The position numbers and the translations under genes are program-made. Shown here piece by piece: positions 54,827-59,773 of a DNA stretch of 59,773 nt (position 1 is its first letter; each line of letters starts with the position of its first letter). The notes beneath the pieces are model-generated. The model had not been told where the DNA came from. It saw nothing but the letters and a program-made list of their open reading frames with translations, and searched no databases. The DNA comes from an uncultured virus (IMG/VR IMGVR_UViG_3300023105_000006). Taxonomy: Duplodnaviria > Heunggongvirae > Uroviricota > Caudoviricetes. The stretch is taken from the IMG/VR virus record IMGVR_UViG_3300023105_000006, one strand, 5' to 3'.

Positions 54827-55024
54827 CTATATAGAATCTTTTTTCAACTCTATCTTCATACATATGGCTTGCATGTTAGGTGGAAAGTATCCATTCATAC
54901 CACCAACCTCAGTACTGAGCTTTTCACGTTCAGCAAAACATTCTATATGAGTTTCAAACACACCATTACCAACTGTCATAATCTGACCATCCCAGTATGT
55001 CATGAATACCAATAACCAAGCCAT
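54827..55024 (-). CDS. Small hypothetical protein with hydrophobic N-terminus
   Basis: MAWLLVFM start via TAATG overlap; F.T..EC...RE...C pattern. Confidence 0.6.
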   Translation of the reverse strand: MAWLLVFMTYWDGQIMTVGNGVFETHIECFAEREKLSTEVGGMNGYFPPNMQAICMKIELKKDSI

Positions 55025-55236
55025 TATTTGGTTAACTGATGACAAACATATCCTGGATGTGTATCAGTTTTCCCCTGTGAAATATAATCCTTACCCTCAA
55101 CAAAACCAGGATATGGTTCACGACAACCGCCTTCGATTTGTTGCCACGTATAACCTTCAGCTCGTTTAGCTTTTTCCATTTCTAAGAACTCTTGATTATC
55201 ATATGCAAACAATGTTAGTAAAATTACAAAACCCAT
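55024..55236 (-). CDS. Small hypothetical protein
   Basis: GGAG RBS; hydrophobic N-terminus. Confidence 0.6.
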   Translation of the reverse strand: MGFVILLTLFAYDNQEFLEMEKAKRAEGYTWQQIEGGCREPYPGFVEGKDYISQGKTDTHPGYVCHQLTK

Positions 55237-55245
55237 AATAAACTC

Positions 55246-55704
55246 CTATTTTATAAATTCCAATACATAACGCTTACCATTCAGATAGAAACGAATTGTA
55301 GAGTGGCTGTAACGCTCTTCTTTCTCATCCACATATACAACAACTTCACTACATTGACGTTGAGTCTCATATCCAACTATTCGCCGCTCTGTCTTAGGCT
55401 TAGAGCCTTTGTCAGCCCCTATAAGACCACCAATCACAGCACCTGCAGCAGCTCCATCATCATTACCAGAAACCCCTTTGCCAAGAAGACCACCAATAAT
55501 CATACCGGCTAACGCACCACCAGCTGCATCACCTTGTCTCTGCACTTCTTGATAGATTGGTACTTCTACATTCTGACAACGGGTCTGAGTAGTAGGGATT
55601 TGAGTAACAACCGTTGTTGTATGGTCATAGATCTTAATGCGATCAACATTATCTGCCGCGGCCGACCCTGCAACTAAAAGTAATGGTATAATGAATTTAA
55701 ACAT
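55246..55704 (-). CDS. Glycine-zipper 2TM domain protein with a signal peptide
   Basis: Signal peptide, C..V.VP, GAL.GMIIGGLLG..V...DG..AGAVIGGLIG. Confidence 0.8.
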   Translation of the reverse strand: MFKFIIPLLLVAGSAAADNVDRIKIYDHTTTVVTQIPTTQTRCQNVEVPIYQEVQRQGDAAGGALAGMIIGGLLGKGVSGNDDGAAAGAVIGGLIGADKGSKPKTERRIVGYETQRQCSEVVVYVDEKEERYSHSTIRFYLNGKRYVLEFIK

Positions 55705-55712
55705 TTTCTTTC

Positions 55713-56435
55713 CTATCTATATTTGCTTTGATTCCAAAACATATTTTTATAAGCATCCCTAAATTTTGTGGTTAATTTATTGTAGTTAGATTCATATTCA
55801 TTAGAATCCATAATAGCCTCTGACATAACCCAATTTTCTTTTTTAATGGGAATTGCCTGAACCAATGGTGTACCTTTTTCTACTATTATTTCATCATCAA
55901 AATTAGTACAAATAAAAGGTAGCGCAACAGCAATGGGGAACCTGTCAGCATCAACTATACCAGATAAAAAATGAATGCCTTTATTTTGTAATTCAAAATT
56001 ATTTAGTAAAGGTGTATAGAGCAAACTATACCCAGGAGGTGTGTTTAATACATATGGATTATCATATTTTAAGGTCACAAAATCCTTAAACGGTTTCCAA
56101 TACGGCCCCAATTGAGGTGATGTATGAGAAGAAATAATCTGTGGAAGAGTTGGTGCAGGGCTTTCAGAATGCCAATTATGTTTTCCTTCCTTATCATAAT
56201 ATAATTTAATACCAAAATCCTGAGCAGCCGTAATAACATACCCCGCAGTCATTGCATCTAGAAATGGAACACATTTTTTCAATGTGCCATCATTTCTGGT
56301 GTTAAACATTGCCTGTTTAATTGGTCCATCAATCTTAGTATCTTTATACCATTTAGGCAATGCTTTAAATGCTGTTATGGGTTTAGAAAAAGCCTCAAAC
56401 CAATGAGCATTGCCTTTTAATATAATTTTTTTCAT
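55713..56435 (-). CDS. Conserved phage protein (dUTPase-like beta-clip/DUF6065-like)
   Basis: PKWYK...T.K.C.PFLDA.TAGY; TPPGYS.L..P; SGIVD.D; I.KGTPLVQ.IP.K.E.W; Y+..FW..K. Confidence 0.7.
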   Translation of the reverse strand: MKKIILKGNAHWFEAFSKPITAFKALPKWYKDTKIDGPIKQAMFNTRNDGTLKKCVPFLDAMTAGYVITAAQDFGIKLYYDKEGKHNWHSESPAPTLPQIISSHTSPQLGPYWKPFKDFVTLKYDNPYVLNTPPGYSLLYTPLLNNFELQNKGIHFLSGIVDADRFPIAVALPFICTNFDDEIIVEKGTPLVQAIPIKKENWVMSEAIMDSNEYESNYNKLTTKFRDAYKNMFWNQSKYR

Positions 56436-56650
56436 ACTGTACCATAATTTTTAATTAAATCATTTACCAGAGAGATTATGACATCAACGTCATCTTGATC
56501 TAAAGGAGGTATGTCTCCTTGATACAAACCAACCGTAATAGCTTCTTCTATTTGATATTCATTGGCTTTACCATCAACGAAAGGCTGATGCCATCCTTTC
56601 TCAAGAATATGTAAAACCATTGCTCCCTGCAGATCACCACTTAACATCAT
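56432..56650 (-). CDS. Hypothetical protein
   Basis: 72 aa, ATGA overlaps on both sides. Confidence 0.65.
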   Translation of the reverse strand: MMLSGDLQGAMVLHILEKGWHQPFVDGKANEYQIEEAITVGLYQGDIPPLDQDDVDVIISLVNDLIKNYGTV

Positions 56651-57030
56651 TGTGCAGCCTCCTCATATAGCTTACGTATATTGCGACGATCGTTATAACC
56701 AATTCCATAATTCCAAAGGAAATAATCAAAATCAGTAGTATCATCTTCGGCATCCCAAAGATAATCAATAGCGTCGTTCCATGCTACACCACATGTATTC
56801 ATTACTTTACGAACCGTTTCACGAAACTTATTTAGGTTATCAGCTTCATGACGAGCTTCTTCTTTTTGATTATACTCCATCGTATGAATCAAAGCATCCC
56901 AAACCTCTTGCTTCTCTTCGTCAGAATATGATTTCCAATCATCAAAGAAACGTTGAGATGGGCGAAAACCATAAGCATCTTTATGAAGATCTGAGATCAG
57001 TTCATTTGCAAAAGTAAAAGCCATTTTCAT
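56647..57030 (-). CDS. Conserved phage early protein (SDLHKDAYGFRP motif)
   Basis: First gene behind a consensus promoter; AAGGAG RBS. Confidence 0.75.
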   Translation of the reverse strand: MKMAFTFANELISDLHKDAYGFRPSQRFFDDWKSYSDEEKQEVWDALIHTMEYNQKEEARHEADNLNKFRETVRKVMNTCGVAWNDAIDYLWDAEDDTTDFDYFLWNYGIGYNDRRNIRKLYEEAAQ

Positions 57031-57051
57031 TCTCCTTCATCCTATGTTAAT

Positions 57052-57080
57052 AATATAGGGCATCTATCCAGAAATGTCAA
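57052..57080 (-). promoter_or_regulatory. Early sigma70-like promoter TTGACA-N17-TATATT with UP-like A tracts
   Basis: -35 at 57075-57080, -10 at 57052-57057. Confidence 0.85.
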
Positions 57081-57118
57081 CGGTTATTTTCAAAATAAAT
57101 TAACTTTTTTTTACGGCT

Positions 57119-57292
57119 TCAACCATCACCAAGGCGTACCCAAGAGTTTTGATATCGATCTCCTGAATCCCCTCCCAATCCTTCTCCATTATTCTTCTCG
57201 CGCATTCTACTACTGTCATAACTAGTCCATCCACCTAAGTTGTTCAAATCAATTCCGTCAATAGGGTCATCGGTAGGCGTGTCTGAGGTCAT
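57119..57292 (-). CDS. Small hypothetical protein
   Basis: MTSDTPTDDP... with an AAGGAG RBS 6 nt upstream. Confidence 0.45.
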   Translation of the reverse strand: MTSDTPTDDPIDGIDLNNLGGWTSYDSSRMREKNNGEGLGGDSGDRYQNSWVRLGDG

Positions 57293-57560
57293 CCAATGCT
57301 CCTTTAATACGTGAGGGGTAATCACCAATAAATGTTCCTGCCTTTAACATATCTTGAGTGAGACACTCTTTATGCATATGTGTTATATCATCCCAAACAT
57401 GCAAAATACGTTTTGCCATTTGATCAAACCTATTATCACTCAATATTGGATCATCTTCAACATAATAAGCATAGGCTGCCATTAAATACCATGGTATAAG
57501 CATATTAGGATTGTCATCGCATATATCAATACATGCTTTTTCAATACCGTCTAAGTCCAT
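57267..57560 (-). CDS. Stand-alone protein resembling NAD-dependent DNA ligase domain Ia
   Basis: AYAYYVEDDPILSDNRFDQM matches the LigA N-terminal YY..D.P.ISD..YD.L motif. No adenylation domain follows. Confidence 0.7.
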   Translation of the reverse strand: MDLDGIEKACIDICDDNPNMLIPWYLMAAYAYYVEDDPILSDNRFDQMAKRILHVWDDITHMHKECLTQDMLKAGTFIGDYPSRIKGALDDLRHAYR

Positions 57561-57975
57561 CCCATTTTTCCTTTAATTCTTTCTCTACACGATGCGCTTC
57601 TATTTCCCAGGGGCGATCATCATACGGCATATCAGAACTATACACCTGCTTTGCAAATCGTACCTCATGTACCCAATTTTGGATCATACGTTTAGAGACG
57701 TACTGCCACACATGAACCATCTCATGGAGAATTGTTGATATCATTTCATCTAGGGGAAGAGATACATCGATGCGGATCGTAAACTCACGATCTCCTTCAT
57801 CCATACAGTCGCCGTAAACTCCTTGCTTTTCTGCTAACTTACGTATCGTACGAATATTTATATAAATCGGCTTTCTAACCCGAGGCATAAGTTCACAGAA
57901 AGCAAAATCGACAGCCTGCTGAATAGCCTTCTGCCGATACTTTGCTGTTTTGGTTTGGAATTCTAAGACTAACAA
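57541..57975 (-). CDS. HEXXH zinc metallopeptidase-like protein
   Basis: TILHEMVHVWQY...Y...PWEIEA. TTG start with an AGGA RBS. Confidence 0.8.
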   Translation of the reverse strand: MLVLEFQTKTAKYRQKAIQQAVDFAFCELMPRVRKPIYINIRTIRKLAEKQGVYGDCMDEGDREFTIRIDVSLPLDEMISTILHEMVHVWQYVSKRMIQNWVHEVRFAKQVYSSDMPYDDRPWEIEAHRVEKELKEKWDGLRRY

Positions 57976-57984
57976 TTTATTATC

Positions 57985-58149
57985 CTAAGATGTAAAATCG
58001 TTGATGATATCTTCTTCTTTTTGATCTAGAACATCCTGAATCATACCGATAAGATAATTACCTTCTTCTGTATAGAAGATATCTGCGCATAAAGCAGATT
58101 GTAATTGAGATAGTTGTTCTTCTGAGATGATGATAGTAAATGTTTTCAT
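57985..58149 (-). CDS. Small acidic early protein (54 aa)
   Basis: Not in the track. MKTFTIIISEEQLSQLQSALCADIFYTEEGNYLIGMIQDVLDQKEEDIINDFTS*, with AAGGAG RBS and its own promoter. Confidence 0.75.
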   Translation of the reverse strand: MKTFTIIISEEQLSQLQSALCADIFYTEEGNYLIGMIQDVLDQKEEDIINDFTS

Positions 58150-58171
58150 TTGATTCTCCTTCTATATTAGT

Positions 58172-58200
58172 AATATAGTTCATCTGAAATCAAATGTCAA
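58172..58200 (-). promoter_or_regulatory. Early sigma70-like promoter TTGACA-N17-TATATT
   Basis: -35 at 58195-58200, -10 at 58172-58177. Confidence 0.85.
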
Positions 58201-58205
58201 CGGGG

Positions 58206-58802
58206 TCAATGCACTTTTATTTCTACATTATCACCTTTTGGAAATTTAAGGTTAGGATGATTGTGATGTAGTACCCATTGAGTATTTTTAAATTCTTCAA
58301 AGATACTTTTCCAGATAGGTCGCCAACGATCATTAAGTCTCACGTTATTAGTAGCTCCACGATCTGAATTAATTATAAAATCAGTGGTACTTCTTAAATT
58401 CATATCAAACAAAGAATCGAAGCCGTATAGATGTATTTCGTCGGCTCTCAGTTTATTTGCTGTATAGTGTGCGGCGAAATGACCACAATTAAGATTTGTA
58501 TAGTTACCCGCATATTCAGGCAATACGGTATAGAACTCTCTGATCTTATGACCAAACCTCATCTTAAAATTACCCTTGTTTTGTTCATACCAAATCTTGG
58601 GTCTATATCCCATAACCCAATTTCCAGGAATCTGCACAGAACCTTCAGTGAGGGCATGGCACATTTTAAAATCTACAATGCAGCTTGCATATGTGTTTGC
58701 AATTTCCTGTGGTGGTAGATTACAAGTAATCTTAATGCCCTTAGCGGGTTTATATAAAGAATGGTTATCACCATTACCGATAATATGAGCAACTCTAGAC
58801 AT
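58206..58802 (-). CDS. Maf/MptE/sialyltransferase-like Rossmannoid protein (candidate glycosyltransferase)
   Basis: AHIIGNG.N...ITCN...NCG..A.......EIHLYGFD pattern. Confidence 0.6.
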   Translation of the reverse strand: MSRVAHIIGNGDNHSLYKPAKGIKITCNLPPQEIANTYASCIVDFKMCHALTEGSVQIPGNWVMGYRPKIWYEQNKGNFKMRFGHKIREFYTVLPEYAGNYTNLNCGHFAAHYTANKLRADEIHLYGFDSLFDMNLRSTTDFIINSDRGATNNVRLNDRWRPIWKSIFEEFKNTQWVLHHNHPNLKFPKGDNVEIKVH

Positions 58803-59406
58803 TAATCATTTCTCTAATATATTCTTTACCTTTTGCACCAGTCCAGTGCATGATACTAATTTTTTCGGGAGCAGACTTATCAAGCAAATCTAATCTGAGT
58901 GTGTTAAATTTTCTTGGAAGATCTCTAATATATATTAACCTATTCATTTCCTGTCTGAGAATGGCATGAAGTACATCTTGATCTCCAAACATAGGATTGG
59001 TTGTATCAGTTACATTCTTTATCTGCTTAACCCATTCTCGTAATATAATAGGCCTGTTTTGAAATGCTACTACCCCTGAGTTGTGCCAAGTCTCTCCTCT
59101 ACGTATAGACCACGGAACATCTTCTACCATACACAATTTATTTGGTAAAGTATATTCAAATATGTTTTCAATATTATCTTTAACCTGACAATCTGTATCC
59201 AGCCAACAAACCTTATGAGCACGTCTTGTAGCATCCAACATGGCGGCTGGTTTTTTAAACCAATGACTTTCGGATAAAAATTCTTTATCAAAATCATATA
59301 CATGTAACAAAGCATCGGGATTATGTTTCCTAAAGTTTTGTTCAAACCAAGGTAACATCCATCTTGTTTTCTTATCACATCCCGTTATGAATAATTTTTT
59401 ATGCAT
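58795..59406 (-). CDS. GT-A fold glycosyltransferase (nucleotide-diphospho-sugar transferase)
   Basis: WF.KP, VCWLDTD (DxD), HNSGVV, GDQDVL, IMHWTG..GK. Start set at MHKKLF. Confidence 0.85.
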   Translation of the reverse strand: MHKKLFITGCDKKTRWMLPWFEQNFRKHNPDALLHVYDFDKEFLSESHWFKKPAAMLDATRRAHKVCWLDTDCQVKDNIENIFEYTLPNKLCMVEDVPWSIRRGETWHNSGVVAFQNRPIILREWVKQIKNVTDTTNPMFGDQDVLHAILRQEMNRLIYIRDLPRKFNTLRLDLLDKSAPEKISIMHWTGAKGKEYIREMINV

Positions 59407-59773
59407 TATCAATCTTCCAAAATCCTGAACCAGTATCAAATTCGTGATGTACTAATTTTAATTTTCTTTTAGCAACAAACTCATCAATGGCCTGCATGGT
59501 ACCGGGATGTGCGGGATGATAATCATCACCACATAGAAGTGGTACATCCTTCAAGAAGTTTAATTCAGCTGATACATTTTCATATGAATGTAGACCATCA
59601 ATGTAGACCATATCCCAATTAGTATCTTTAGCTAATAATTCCAAGCTGGGATATGCATGAATTTCTTTAAGTACTTCATAACGCCTTGGATGTTGATTGA
59701 CATTATGATTAAACAATGTTCTGTGATCTTTTTCGAGGTAAAGATTCATAGCATATGATATGGCTGAATTGTA
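59399..59773 (-). CDS. Class I SAM-dependent methyltransferase (Methyltransf_24-like), 5' end outside the window
   Basis: WDMVYIDGLHSYENV..EL...LLCGDDY...G...AIDEF. The frame is open to the right edge. Confidence 0.8.
   Translation of the reverse strand, partial: YNSAISYAMNLYLEKDHRTLFNHNVNQHPRRYEVLKEIHAYPSLELLAKDTNWDMVYIDGLHSYENVSAELNFLKDVPLLCGDDYHPAHPGTMQAIDEFVAKRKLKLVHHEFDTGSGFWKIDNA

Noticed and set aside
1..59773. Alternative genetic code, introns, inteins or homing endonucleases
   Set aside because: Core genes are full length in the standard code, the tRNA is not a suppressor, and I saw no intron, intein or HNH/GIY-YIG/LAGLIDADG motifs. The gp4 nuclease fold is the normal head-completion protein.

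Overview
This AT-rich window comes from a large T4-like myovirus of the marine cyanophage/pelagiphage type. The host cannot be assigned from the sequence. Positions 1-43.7 kb (minus strand) hold a late structural operon: gp48, gp53, hub, a gp5 locus split into three genes with three different peptidoglycan-hydrolase domains, gp25, gp6, gp7, gp9, gp8, a three-way-split DUF4815/VrlC-like protein, and a large set of fibre/adhesin genes. Positions 43.7-48.3 kb (plus strand) carry gp4, gp2, a tail-tube-family gene, a gp26-like gene, a small unannotated ORF and a tape-measure-position gene. Positions 48.4-59.8 kb (minus strand) carry gp32, gp33, a flavin-dependent halogenase homologue, tRNA-Arg(TCT), many small early genes behind repeated sigma70-like promoters, and sulfotransferase, glycosyltransferase and methyltransferase genes. 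The best leads are: (1) a likely programmed -1 frameshift (T8 run plus stop) fusing the gp26-like ORF to a downstream ORF, in the lambda G/GT or P2 E/E' position between tail tube and tape measure; (2) strong Asp-Ser enrichment across the outer virion proteins, a possible modification sequon for the phage's own glycan enzymes; (3) four type-1-copper (cupredoxin) motifs in fibre proteins, one possibly circularly permuted; (4) a GC-rich structured element at 48.29-48.39 kb; (5) a baseplate amidase that has lost all three Zn ligands. All family calls come from motif recognition by eye, and no database searches were run.
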